From positions 108,161 to 172,160 of the forward strand of contig NIVC01002460.1 in the NCBI GenBank assembly GCA_002269645.1: a stretch of DNA of 64,000 bases, written 5' to 3'. Position 1 is the first letter of the stretch; the number at the start of each line of letters is the position of its first letter. Below are positions 35,949 through 48,264 of the stretch, one piece after another. Origin of the DNA: Macrostomum lignano (lineage: Eukaryota). The notes under the pieces are model-generated. The model saw nothing but the letters and a program-made list of their open reading frames with translations, ran no database searches and had not been told where the DNA came from. The position numbers and the translations under genes are program-made.

Positions 35949-38126
35949 ATGCCGATCTTCCTCTGCCTCTGCTGCCGCAGCCGGCTCTTGCTCGACTTAG
36001 CCAGCGGCTCCCTCCCGCTGCTCCGGCCGAGTCGCCGCTGTCTGAAGGCGTCGCCGCGGCCTTCGCCGAACGGGCAGCAACAGCAGCAGCGGGGGCAGCC
36101 GAAGCCCAAGCTGTTCTTCAGGCGCATCGGCCAGCTGGCGGAGTCGCCGGTTTCAACCGAGCCGCTGTCGCTGTCAGCCGGAGGCCACGCCTTCCAGCTG
36201 GCCGCCAGGGCCGTCGCAGCCCTGGCAGTGGGCGGCCTGGTGTCCGTGATGGTCAGCGAGCGTCGGAACCGTCACCGACGCGACTGTGCCAGTCAGCTGA
36301 GTCAGTACGACCTGGGCTACGTTGGCATTCAGGAAGACGACGGCTTGGACAAGATTGTCCAGGATTTAAGATGGACATCGCCTGCCCTGCTCTACTGCGG
36401 CCTGGCGCTGGCCATCCACAGCCTGCTGGGCTCCAGGCGGATGCCGCTTGATAAGCTGGCCAAGCTCAGCCGGCATGCGCTGGACCAGCCCGGCAGGTGG
36501 GCCCTGCTCTGTGCCCTTTTAGTGCCTTTTCAGTGCCCTTTTATAGTGCCTTTTTAGAGCCCTTTTAAGTGCCTATTTAGAGCCCTTTCTAAGTGCCTTT
36601 TCAGTGCCCTTTTAGTGCCTTTTAGAGCCCTTTCTAAGTGCATTTTTAGTGCCCTTTCTCAGTGACTTTTTAATGCCCTTTCTCGGTGCCCGTTCAGTGC
36701 CCTGTCTCAGTGCCCTTTCTCGTTTTCTTTCTTGGTACGTTTCCCAGTGTCCTGTGCCTTTCTAAATGCTTTGTCTTTGTCATGTGTCCAACTCTAGTGA
36801 GTGCCCCAGTGCCTGTGCCCTACTCTGCCCATCCTCAGTGCCCATTGTTGTCAGTGTCCAAGACTGCATCAGGCACCACGGGTCTTCAATGCCAACAATG
36901 TCCATTGCTGTTCTACCGCACTGGACACTTCTTAGCTTACCTGTGCACCCACCGATCCCTGCCTCAACCAGGTCGGCCATCCTGACTTCTCCCTGGTTGA
37001 GTTCGGTGTGCGAATTTCAAGTTTTTGGATTCTTATCCACCATCAGCGCACTGAGTCTGTTGAGCACACTGAAGTTCGGCTTATCGCCCGAGGAAAAGGT
37101 TGGCTGCATTTTGCTGCTTTTGCTATTGTAGGCGTAACAGGTGTTCCGGTTACCTGGTGACGGTGCCCTGGGGTGCAGGTGTTCCGGTTACCTGGTGACT
37201 GGGTGCCCTGGGGTGCAGGTGTTCCGGTTACCTGGTGACTGGGTGCCCTGACGTTCAGGTGTTCCGGTTACCTGGTGGCTGAGTGCCCTGGGGTGCAGGT
37301 GTTCCGGTTACCTGGTGGCTGAGTGCCCTGGGGTGCAGGTGTTCCGGTTACCTGGTGGCTGAGTGCCCTGGGGTGCAGGTGTTCCGGTTACCTGGTAGCT
37401 GAGTGCCCTGACGTTCAGGTGTTCCGGTTACCTGGTGGCTGAGTGCCCTGACGTTCAGGTGTTCCGGTTACCTGGTGGCTGAGTGCCCTGGGGTGCAGGT
37501 GTTCCGGTTACCTGGTGACTGGGTGCCCTGGGGTGCAGGTATTTAATCCCAGAGCACCTTTACAACTCAGCCACAGGCGGCAGACCCTAAGAGTTATTAC
37601 CCCAATCCGAATACAGATTCTGGCCTTCATCGCCGGCTCGCTGACCGGCTCAGCATTTCGCTGCGCCTATCAGCAGTCTCTGCTGCTGCTCAGCAGGGAG
37701 CGCCGGCCGCTGGGCCACTGGTGCGGTCCGCACGCCGGCCTGGCTGCTCTGGTCGCCTTGCACCTGCTCTCTCTGAGAAGCGTCACTGCCAAAGTGCAAC
37801 AGCAAAGCCAGCTGGGACAGGAGGAGCCGGCATTCGCTCGATCTGTTCGGCGAGACTTTCTCGAGTTTCGGTATGGGCTGTGCTCAGCTCTGCTGATTGG
37901 CTGGGCAGCCTTCAACCTGGTCTTCTTGGTGCGCTATCGCCGGTTGCGGGCGCCGGTGTTGGGCCCGGCGGCACCGGCTTTGAAGCACGCCTCCACCCTG
38001 GCGGGACTGGCCGCCGCCTGCGGCATTCACGCCGCTATTGAGTACAGAACTCAAGCAGTTGCTGAGCTGCCTGCGGCCTCAGACTCAGCTCCCCAACCTG
38101 TTCCGGCTGCAACACCTGCTGTTTGA
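35949..38126 (+). CDS. PARL-like rhomboid pseudoprotease (catalytically dead tandem paralogue), 394 aa, 3 exons
   Basis: join(35949..36496,36972..37098,37617..38126); phases 2 and 0 match; 1185 nt in frame. Ungapped local alignments to the upstream PARL: SPWLSSVCEFQVFGFLST vs SPLGSALSHRTVGHFLAS; LSPEEKILAF vs MSPGEFVAF; CGPHAGLAALVA vs LGASGVLSALVA; LKHASTLAG vs LNHPAHLAG. Confidence 0.75.
37137..37541. repeat. 40-bp minisatellite GGTGTTCCGGTTACCTGGTG(A/G)CTG(G/A)GTGCCCTGGGGTGCA in pseudoprotease intron 2
   Basis: ~10 copies. Intron 1 also carries degenerate AGTGCCCTTT repeats at 36515-36720. Confidence 0.93.
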
Positions 38127-38289
38127 TTAACTGGGCAGCCGATGTTAGATTGTCTGTCAAAGCTGGACTCATAACTCATCTGAAATAAACTTGAGCAAAG
38201 CATTGCTGCTGAATGCGCCTGATTTATACATGCAAGACTGGACTTTTTCGCTGCAAATTGTACAATTAAATTTTATACCATGATTTGTG

Positions 38290-39480
38290 TCTCTCTGACT
38301 CCGATATGGTTTGCAGTCTTCTTCGTTCTGGAAGACCGTGGAGTCTGCCAGTGTGCTGGGCAATAACGCGGCCGTCGATTATGATGCAGACCCCAAAGCC
38401 GGCGTGGCCGTGTAACAATGGACCTCCTGGAAACTCTAGCATCCCTTGAGGGGATATGATGACCATGTAGCGCTGAAAGAGGTTGAGAGTGTGGGTTTCA
38501 CCGTCAGACAAGACGTGGAGCCCGCCGCCGTCTCTCAAGTCTTCGAGGCAGAGGTGGACGTGAGTCGAGGCAAGAGCTTGCGCTTAGCCATGGCTTTATG
38601 GGGCAGGAAACGAATGCCAGCGTCAATCCGTCCAACGGAGGATGGTCCGCTGAGTCGGACCAAGGTGGATTGTGAACTTAGGCGTCCAGCGCTTAGCCCA
38701 GGCGTCAGAGAGCACTAGGATCACCGTAGCCCCCTTCTCCTGTGGCGTGTTGTAGGAGCCTGTTGATCTCGAGGTCAGGGTGCAGCTTTAGCAGGATCTG
38801 CCTAAGCTGATCTCCGGACTTAATGGCACTGACGGCCGGGATCCAGACGTGAAAGCGTAAGGTCTTTTGTCGCTCGCCCTCGCTGTCGAAGACGAGCTTG
38901 CCGAGCTTCTTGGGCCAGTTCAGTTTTGGCTGAAGCTCGCGTAGACTGCGGCTGCTCTCCTAAGAGTTGCACCAGATGAAGATGCGCTGGTCAATGAGCG
39001 CAGTATCAATTAATGGTGCGCCAGGCACTGTCGAGCTCATCGGCAGTGATCGGTCTCGCTCTTCCCCGAAGACGATGACCGCCGGTTGGAGCGTGACCTT
39101 TTGAGGCGTAGTTGGTGGCGGCGGTTCCCGAAGGCCCGGCCGCGCTGGTTGCAGGTTTGCTGGGTATCTCACCTGCGGGGGTTGTGTCCTAGGGACAGGG
39201 GTCGCTGTGGCTCCTCTCGGCCCAACAGCAGCCTCGCCCTCCCAGGTTCCCCTCCGCAGGTGGCCGTCCCACAGCTTCCCGTTGTTGCCGTCGCCGCTCA
39301 TTGCAGCGTTGGTTGCAAGCACGTAGGGCCTCCGCAGAGGGCCCGGGTGCGCGTGCGGACTTGTCACCAGAGTGACCAGACGAACCGACGACGATCGCCC
39401 GCGCGTCTGCCCCCGGTAGGACGGCGCTGGCGCCAAAGTCACCGGCCGGACCACAGTAGCCTGAAAGTTCTCACACGACA
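38290..39480 (-). mobile_element. Degenerate non-LTR retrotransposon (LOA/I-group-like): ORF1-like segment joined to an RNase H remnant
   Basis: Frameshifted minus-strand translation gives RFHVWIPAVSAIKSGDQLRQILLKLHPDL...KGATVILVLSDAW (resembles LOA-clade ORF1, DUF4780-like), then HAGFGVCIIIDGRVIAQH...DSTVFQNE (LINE RNase H G-x-G-V...STVFQAE). Confidence 0.6.
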
Positions 39481-41208
39481 CTTCAATGCAATCGGCTCTG
39501 GTCCAACTGCGACGTATGACGTCGTTTTTCGGTCGATGTAATGTTTAAAAAGCACATATCTCATATCTGGCAACGACAGTACATGTTACATGTTATGCTG
39601 GCGAAGTACATGTTTTGCTGGCAGTATTAAGTACAGTAGTACAGTATTAAATCAAAAAATAAATTGACCCAGAATATAGAAAAGCATGAAAACTCAGAAA
39701 TAGCCTTTAAGAGTAGTAAGAGAAGAGGAGTTGAGAACCCAGGTGCGATTTTAAGATTGCAAAGTGCGTCATCATCATCACAATGTTGAGCTAATGAAGG
39801 CTGGCGGCGATTGCGGCGAAGGCACGTAATATGTACAAAAGAATGTAGTATAGGTAGACTAGTGTTACTATTTTTTGTTTTAATTGATCAATTTCTCGGA
39901 AATCAAATACCAGTTCAAATTTCGCGAAATTACCGATCCAAACCTGCGCAAGTGGCCCTAATGAGTAGCTAAGTGTTCTAGTACAGCTCCGGTCCTTCCG
40001 GATACGATTAAATAAGAAAATGAACCACAAAAATAACTTTTTTATTTATATTTTCGGCTTTTAAACTGCAATTTATCTTCTTAGACTATGCATACCAACA
40101 TTATTAGGGGCCTAGCACTGCACTAGAAACTATTCTATCTGGATACTGATAGTAATAGTTGCTACTGCAATTCTTGTGTTTTAATTGTAATGTATGACTG
40201 TGCTGTGACAGTCTGACTGAACACCTGAGCCTTAGTTTTTTTAATGCCAATGGATTTGCCTAAATATTCATTTTTGTTGCATATTAAATCAATTTTACCT
40301 TTTCAGTCTTAAATGCTTTTTAAAATACTTATAAAAATAAATAAATCTCTTTCCCTGACCCCATATACTATAAAGTATAATTTGCTCTTATATGACCATG
40401 TCTATAATGTAGGGGTGGTATAAAGCCTAATATTTCAGGGGCACCAGACTGGGACACAAGGGCATAAATGTCTCTATAAACTACTAATTAGGGCCTAAAA
40501 TTAAAAAAGCATTAAAAATTAAAAGTCTACCAATATTAACTATTACTAAGCTTTCAAATATCAGAAACTCAAAAATGCAGGGAACAATGCATTGTGTACT
40601 ACATAGACTCATTTTCTAGGAGAAATGTCCTTAGTAATGCCATTAAGTCCCACTGTCTATGCATGTCTAATATTAATAATCAAAAAGCAAGCTGATATAG
40701 GATGCACTAAAATGTTTTATAGATATTAATAACTATAATATTATTAAAAAATATAAAAAAGAAAAAGTCCTTTATTTAGTTATAGGGGGCCTATCATATT
40801 TAAGTTTGCATTAGCAAAATGTAATTTGGCTTTTTTAACCCTTATGAAAAGAAATTTAACTTAGTTAGCAATCAAATGTCTTAATATAAGTGTATCTTTT
40901 CACTAAAAGAATTTATCATAATATTATAATATTCTTTTTAGATTTACCATAAAGCTTATTAAACAAATAAATATATAACTCTTATGGTTTAACTTGACTA
41001 TGCAACTTTTTGGGCTAGATATAATATAATATATAGAAGAATAAGAAAATTATTTTTAACAACTTTTTTGATTGCACAAACTCATTATTTACTTTTCTAC
41101 ATTATAATCAAGGAAGTTTTTAAAATAATGCCAAACTTTTATATGTCAATTTGTTCAAAATTTGTGTGGTACACTAAAGTTGCTTTATTTGTTTCTGCTA
41201 CTTCCTAT

Positions 41209-44200
41209 ATGGAAGACAGCTATCAATTTAAGATATCTTCAAGTCCACCATCTTTGGATTCTGATGTGGATGCTGAATTTTATGAAGCTGATGCAGATGA
41301 TTCTTCTGTTTATAATGAAGCAGTTAGCAATCAAAATGCTGCTCATATAAAGCTGGAAAGTGAAGCAACCAGTGCATCTGAGTCAGGCGCTGCAAGTAGT
41401 ATGTGTAGACAGCAAGATACTGGCAATGCTGAGTTAGAAGCAGATTATGTTGCACCAAATTCCAAGTATGGTAATGCGACACTGGAGGACAATAAGCCTG
41501 CACTACCTGACGAAGACTTTGATCATTTTGGTGAATTTGCCGATTTTAACAGTGCACCTGCATTTGAACAACCAACTGCAACTGGGACAGGATCAGAATG
41601 CTCAGCTGAGCAAGTAGCAATTAGCCAAGAAAGCAGTGATGATAAGACAGATGCTGCAGTCAAAGAGATAGATTTAGAAGAGGCAAAAGTCAAATCTGCT
41701 CTGAAGAACCTAAAGAAGCGCTTGATGAACCTGTCAAAGCAGATGGAGTTGATTCCGAAGTAAAGGAACCGGAAGTAGAGACTCAATCACCAGCAGATCC
41801 AGAAGTCAAAGTTGAAACGGACGATCTGAATGCCAACTCGGTAGCAGGAGCGGAGATCCAACCAGAAGAACTGGAAGCTACTGATGAAGAAAATAACGAG
41901 ATCAAATTTGAAGCGGAGGCGAAGATCGAATTGGAAACAGAACCGGAAGTAAAGGCTCAAACAGATGAAGATGGTAGAACTGCAATTAAGACTGAATCGG
42001 TGGAACTGGGCACAGTTGACGAACTAAGAAATGTTGAGAAACCCGAAGCGGAAGCAGAAGTGAAGACCGAATCCAAAGAACCGGAAGCAATTAGCGAAGC
42101 TAAAGAAAATGATAAAGCCAAAGTTGAAGCAGAAACCAAGACCGAATCAGATAAACCCGAAGCAAGTTTCAATGAAATAGTTGAACCCAGAGAGGCAGGA
42201 GTGGAAACGGAAGTAGAAGTCAGTTCAGATACAATCCCAGAAGTCGAGCTAAAGTCTAATGTCGAATTCCCAACTGAACCGGAGTTAGAGCCGGTGCCTG
42301 GCCAGGATTCTGAAGTCCAACCGGAAACAGTTGCAGATTTCAACGACATAGAATTCGAGGCAGACTTTGCCGCTTTTGAGACAGCTGCTGATGGTGAAGA
42401 GCAAACGAACGATAGCAACGATCAGTGTTTACAAGAAAATGAAGTCGACGCGGATGATGCAGATTGGGCAGAATTCGCCGATCCTCCAGCAGCCGATGCT
42501 GTTAATGACAAGCCGCCGACGGTCTCTGCTGTCAGTGAAGTTTCCGGCGACTGCAACGTTAATGACGACGACTTTGGCGAAGATGATGACGACTTTGGCG
42601 ACTTTGAAGAGTTTCAAGGCGCCCAGCCGATCCCTTTGGAGCGTCGATTAAATAAGCTGTGCGCCGACTTGCGCGCCGCTCTTGACAAACTGCTGGCTGA
42701 CGCGCTCGGCGCCGCATCCGAGGAGGTCGACGACGTTGACAATGACGATGCTGATAGTGATGAAAGCGATTTGAATATCGATTCGCAGCGATTAGAGCAG
42801 CTGCTGCAGGCAGAAAGTACCGCACAATTGGAGGATGTGAAGGCTATTGTGTCGCAGGCTGCGTCAAGGTTGGTTTTTTTGCCTGTGACTGGGAAAAGTA
42901 GTTAATGTACCTTTGCGATGCATTGTCAAGAATGGATAAAAGGCTGTATTGTAACTACTGATACTAGAATAACTAGATGGGCCACTCATGCATATATACT
43001 TAGCAAAACAGCTTTCTACTTTCAGTTCAGTAGCAAATAAGAATACAGAAGCTATTTTATAAAAATATAAGGTAGCTGAGATGACTTTGATAATTTTAGA
43101 AGCCAAAGCCCAAGCTTAACAGGCATAAACAACTTGCTAATTGGTTCAGTGATAATGTACATCGGCCAGTTCACTGAAATGTACATGGCAGCTTTAGACT
43201 GGAATTCCTAGAAAGGCAATAAAATTGGGGTGGGGTAGTGTGGAAAGGCGCGGTTGGAGGGATTAAGCTGGGGGGGTAAGAGCCAATAAATAAGCCTCGG
43301 CTTTAATAAAACATTAAAATGCTTCAGTTTCACTTACTACTGAACTGAAAGTAGCTTACACGCAAATGTCCTGAGTGGCCCATCTAGTTATTCTAGTATC
43401 TGTGATTGTAATCGAGTCCTTGATTTGCTTTATGTAGATCTTTTAGATCTTTTTAGCTTAGCAAAACAAGTCAATAGTTGACGCATAGCCATCATTCCGC
43501 TGACACATTAAGCTAGCACACACCCCAGAGGGAGAGCCGTAGCCTTATACAGTAGTTAAGGGGCCGCTGTACACTCCTGTGCGAGTGTGCCAGTGCGTAT
43601 GCCTGCTCAGGGGAGTCGGCGGAATGGGCAGTAATGCCTCTCGCCGGTTGTGTGCCTATGTCGCTTACAAAAATTCACCAGAGTATTGAATTCACCATAT
43701 TGAATTGAATCCAATATTTCATGACGCGCATAACACTACTGTAACCAACTAACAAGTAGTCTCTTCCGTTTTTTATTAACTTTCCAATCATCAGAGAGCA
43801 GAAGCAGGTCTGCCATTGCATTCACTGGTCAGTTGGTCATGTACAGACAGTGTATAGTTTCCTATTATTTTTATAATTTTAATTATTACGGTGTCCATGT
43901 CATCCAGTTTTTGTGTGATTTTTTGGCAGTTTGAATTCTTCCCGTTCTCTTCCCCATCATGTGCCCGCCTTTTTTTCTGGTGGAAATGTTTTATACTTAA
44001 TAAGTAAACTTTGTTTCTATAGAGAATTCATGAACCCGATGATTGTATACTATACACTACATTCACGCAGTCATCCAACAACTACCAATGTCTGGTCTAA
44101 CCTGATGGACTTGGAGAACTCGCCAACAGTCAAGTACCAATGGGCCCAGTCTGTCTTCTATGAGGAGTCGCTTAAAGCCTTGCATATTGACGTCAGGAAC

Positions 44201-47200
44201 CTGGTGAGCTATGGCGTGCCACCCCTCCACCCCATGACCCATGATTGGCTGCCACCCCTCCACCCCATGACCCTTGATTGGCTGCCACCCCCTCCAGCCC
44301 ATGATCCTTGATTGGCTGCCATCCCTCCACCCCATGACCCTTGATTGGCTGCCACCCCCTCCAGCCCATGATCCTTGATTGGCTGCCATCCCTCCACCCC
44401 ATGATCCTTGATTGGCTGCCACCCCTCCAGCCCATGATCCTTGATTGGCTGCCACCCCCTCCACCCCATGATCCTTGATTGGCTGCCATCCCTCCACCCA
44501 TGATCCTTGATTGGCTGCCATCCCTCCACCCAATGATCCTTGATTGGCTGCCACCCCCTCCAGCCCATGATCCTTGATTGGCTGCCACCCCCTCCAGCCC
44601 ATGATCCTTGATTGGCTGCCATCCCTCCACCTCATGATCCTTGATTGGCTGCCATCCCTCCACCCATGATCCTTGATTGGCTGCCACCCCCTCCAGCCCA
44701 TGATCCTTGATTGGCTGCCACCCCCTCCAGCCCATGATCCTTGATTGGCTGCCATCCCTCCACCCCATGATCCTTGATTGGCTGCCATCCCTCCACCCAA
44801 TGATCCTTGATTGGCTGCCACCCCCTCCAGCCCATGATCCTTGATTGGCTGCCACCCCCTCCAGCCCATGATCCTTGATTGGCTGCCATCCCTCCACCCA
44901 TGATCCTTGATTGGCTGCCATCCCTCCACCCATGATCCTTGATTGGCTGTCATCCCTCCACCCATGATCCTTGATTGGCTGCCACCCTCCACCCCATGAT
45001 CCTTGATTGGCTGCCACCCTCCACCCCATGATCCTTGGTTGGCTGTCATCCCTTGATCCTTGGCTGCCACCCCTTGATCACCTCCATGATCCTTGATTGG
45101 CTGCCACCCCTTCACCTCATGACCCTTTAGGCCAATGTCTATACTACACTCCGAACCCTACTGGAAGCCCTGGCTCCCTATTGAAACCGCAACCGCTGCC
45201 ATCGAAATGAACCTTCCAGCTGAACAGTCGGAAGCACGCCTATCAGATTTTCGCCGGCCAGCTGGGCCTGCTGGAACCCACGCCCGTCACTCCCGCTGCA
45301 GCTGGCGGGAACGATGAAGCTGCCATAGGGCCTGCGGCTGCGGCAGCAACATCTGCTGGCGTGACTGGGGTGAGAATTCTCGAGAATTTGAGAGTGACTG
45401 TTTGGGGAATTCATTGTAGATTTTAGTGGATTCATTGGAGTATTTGGGGTTGGGGAATTCATTGGAGTATTTGGGGAATTCATTGGAGATACTTTGTGGT
45501 GGGATTTTTCAGTAATTAAACCTTGTAGAATTCCTCAAATTGTGATGCGGGATTTTCTATTTCGATGGCTCGGCTCTGTTGGTCGGCTCCAGTCAAGTGC
45601 ATTCCCTTCCAAATTGACAGGAAGCGCCGGCGGAACCGTCTGACCCGAGTGCCGCCACGTCTGCTGGAGGCCCGGAACTGCAGTTCGACTGGAACTCCAG
45701 CGGATTAACTAATCCTTTGGACAGTGAGTTGCTGTGCTGGGGAACAGCTGGGTGTTTTGTACTGTGCCACCCTCCCTCCCAGATCCTAAATTGCTGGGCC
45801 AGCCTCCCAGATCCTCAGTTGCTGGGCCAGCCTCCCAGATCCTCAGCTGCTGGGCCAGCCTCCTAGATCCTCAGTTGCTGGGCCACCCTCTCTCCCAGAT
45901 CCTCAGTTGCTGGGCCAGCCTCCCAGATCCTCAGTTGCTGGGCCAGCCTCCCAGATCCTCAGTTGCTGGGCCAGCCTCCCAGATCCTCAGTTGCTGGGCC
46001 AGCCTCCCAGATCCTCAGCTGCTGGGCCAGCCTCCCAGATCCTCAGTTGCTGGGCCAGCCTCCCAGATCCTCAGTTGTTGCTGGGCCAGCCTCCCAGATC
46101 CTCAGTTGCTGGGCCAGCCTCCCAGATCCTCAGTTGCTGGGCCAGCCTCCCAGATCCTCAGTTGCTGGGCCAGCCTCCCAGATCCTCAGTTGCTGGGCCA
46201 GCCTACCTCTCAGATTCTCAGTTGCTGGGCCAGCCTCCCAGATCCTCAGCTGCTGAGCCAGCCTCCCAGATCCTCAGTTGCTGGGCCAGCCTCCCAGATC
46301 CTCAGTTGCTGGGCCAGCCTCCCAGATCCTCAGTTGCTGGGCCAGCCTCCCAGATCCTCAGTTGCTGGGCCAGCCTCCCAGATCCTCAGTTGCTGGGCCA
46401 GCCTCCCAGATCCTCAGCTGCTGGGCCAGCCTCCCAGATCCTCAATTGCTGGGCCAGCCTCCCAGATCCTCAGTTGTTGCTGGGCCAGCCTCCCAGATCC
46501 TCAGCTGCTGGGCCAGCCTCCCAGATCCTCAGTTGCTGGGCTAGACTCCCAGATCTTTAGTTGCTGGGCCAGCCTCCCAGATCCTCAGTTGCTGGGCCAG
46601 CCTCCCAGATCCTCAGTTGCTGGGCCAGCCTCCCAGATCCTCAGCTGCTGGGCCAGCCTCCCAGATCCTCAGTTGTTGCTGGGCCAGCCTCCCAGATCCT
46701 CAGCTGCTGGGCCAGCCTCCCAGATCCTCAGTTGTTGCTGGGCCAGCCTCCCAGATCCTCAGTTGCTGGGCCAGCCTCCCAGATCCTTAGTTGCTGGTTC
46801 AGCCTCCCAACCTCAGATGCCGGGCCAGCCTCAGAGCCTCAGTTGCTGGATAGCAGGCCCCTTCCAACGAGTATGAGATCGGGCAAGATAGTACATTTTT
46901 GCGCAATCACTGTTGCCATAGCACCCACCACGTCCCGTCCACGCGCACAGTCACAGCCCTCATGCTGGACCTGGACAACATTGGCAGCGGCCGGCCGTCA
47001 AGTGGCTGGCGGCCGCGTAATTACGGTAATTTCAGTTAGTTTTTCTTCAGTTTAGTTGCAGCAGCGCATGTAGTTCTTCAGGTTTACAGCGGCTCTTGCG
47101 AGTATCTTTTTTTGTTGCTAATCTGTGTGCTCATGAGTGTCTTTTTTATTTTTTTCATCCTATGCTTTGTATAAGCTTCTTTATCCAATTTTATAGCCAC

Positions 47201-48264
47201 TTGACTTTATTTATTCATGTTTCTATCTTATGCAAGGTGGTGGTTCAAATCCTACTAGTTATTTAAATATTTTAATAACATTTCAATTGAATTTTTATCC
47301 AAGCGGTGGGAAGTTGGAGATTAGAGAAAAAAGTGGGAGATTAGAGTGGATAATGGAAGATTAGAGCGGAAAATGGGAGATTAGATCGGAGAGTAGAAGA
47401 TTGGAGTAGAGTAGGAGATTTTAGTGAAGAGTGGGAGATTAGAGCGGAGAGTGGGAGATTAGAGCAGAGAGTAGGAGATCAGAGCGGAGAGTAGACAATT
47501 AGAGCTGAGTGGGAGATTAGAGCAGAGGGTGGGAGATTAGATCAAAGAGTAGTAGTTTGGATCGGAGAGTGGGAGATTGGAGCGGAGAGTGGGAGATTAG
47601 AGCGGAGAGTAGGATATTAGAGCGGAGAGTAGACAATTAGAGCTGAGTGGGAGATTAGAGCAGAGGGTGGGAGATTAGATCAAAGAGTAGTAGTTTGGAT
47701 CGGAGAGTGGGAGATTGGAGCGGAGAGTGGGAGATTAGAGCGGAGAGTAGGATATTAGAGCGGAGAGTGGGAGATTACATCGGAGAGTAGAAAATTAGAG
47801 CTGAGTGGGAGATTAGAGCAGAGGGTGGGAGATTAGAGCAGAGAAGGAGATTAGAGCAACATCAGTAGTGCAAAGGGGAAAGCGGAAGTAGATTGCGGTG
47901 TTCGATGTCATGTCAAATATCCTACTTTTATTCTCGTCCTCAATGTACTCTTTATGTGTTGAGTCGTATTCGCTTTAAACTTCGAATAATTTTCTCTCCT
48001 AAATTGATTGCAGAGCTGGAGGCAGAATTTCTCGACAATGGAGGCGGCGGCAGCGCTACCGGCCGTCCGGATAAGAAGCTGAGCAGCCTCATCAGTGCGG
48101 CTCAGCCGTCCGCCCCTGTGCCAGCCGCGGCGCTGAGCGATCGGGCCCGCAAATTCATCAAACGATTGCCAGACCTGTCTTACATGCGAGCCAAGGTGCT
48201 CATGTTCCCCATGCACCGTAGCAACAGCGAGAGCTCTCTGCCAGTGACTGACGAGTCGCCCTGA
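41209..48264 (+). CDS. AFTPH: Aftiphilin (AP-1/clathrin accessory protein), ~788 aa, 6 exons, apparent 1-nt frameshift near 41701
   Basis: join(41209..42868,44071..44203,45220..45369,45621..45723,46957..47025,48014..48264) = 2366 nt, one short of in-frame. N-terminus MEDSYQFKISSSPPSLD resembles human MEPDIIRMYSSSPPPLD; repeated [DE]FxxF and WxxF motifs; WSNLMDL..KYQW, IFAGQLGLLEPT, QFDWNSSGLTNPLD and LPDLSYMRAKVLMFP match the aftiphilin C-terminal blocks. Confidence 0.9.
42960..43400. mobile_element. MITE-like inverted-repeat element in aftiphilin intron 1
   Basis: GATACTAGAATAACTAGATGGGCCACTCA...CTACTTTCAGTTCAGTAG at the left and its reverse complement at 43335-43400; possible TA TSD at 42962-63 and 43397-98. 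Confidence 0.7.
43560..43668 (+). repeat. Second copy of the short dispersed TGTACAC repeat
   Basis: Matches 27027-27165 with an internal deletion. Confidence 0.75.
44220..45126. repeat. ~33-bp CCAAT-containing minisatellite in aftiphilin intron 2
   Basis: ~27 copies; same unit as 11212-11660. Confidence 0.96.
45770..46850. repeat. 28-bp GCTGGGCCAGCCTCCCAGATCCTCAGTT minisatellite in aftiphilin intron 4
   Basis: ~38 copies; same unit and orientation as SPCA intron 7. Confidence 0.96.
47310..47860. repeat. Purine-rich ~20-bp repeat GAGTGGGAGATTAGAGCGGA in aftiphilin intron 5
   Basis: Degenerate tandem repeats. Confidence 0.85.

Noticed and set aside
45131-45317. Acceptor at 45130 / ORF 45135-45317 as aftiphilin exon 3
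   Set aside because: The phase-0 reading hits a stop; the conserved FAGQLGLLEPT block is in the frame entered from the acceptor at 45219.
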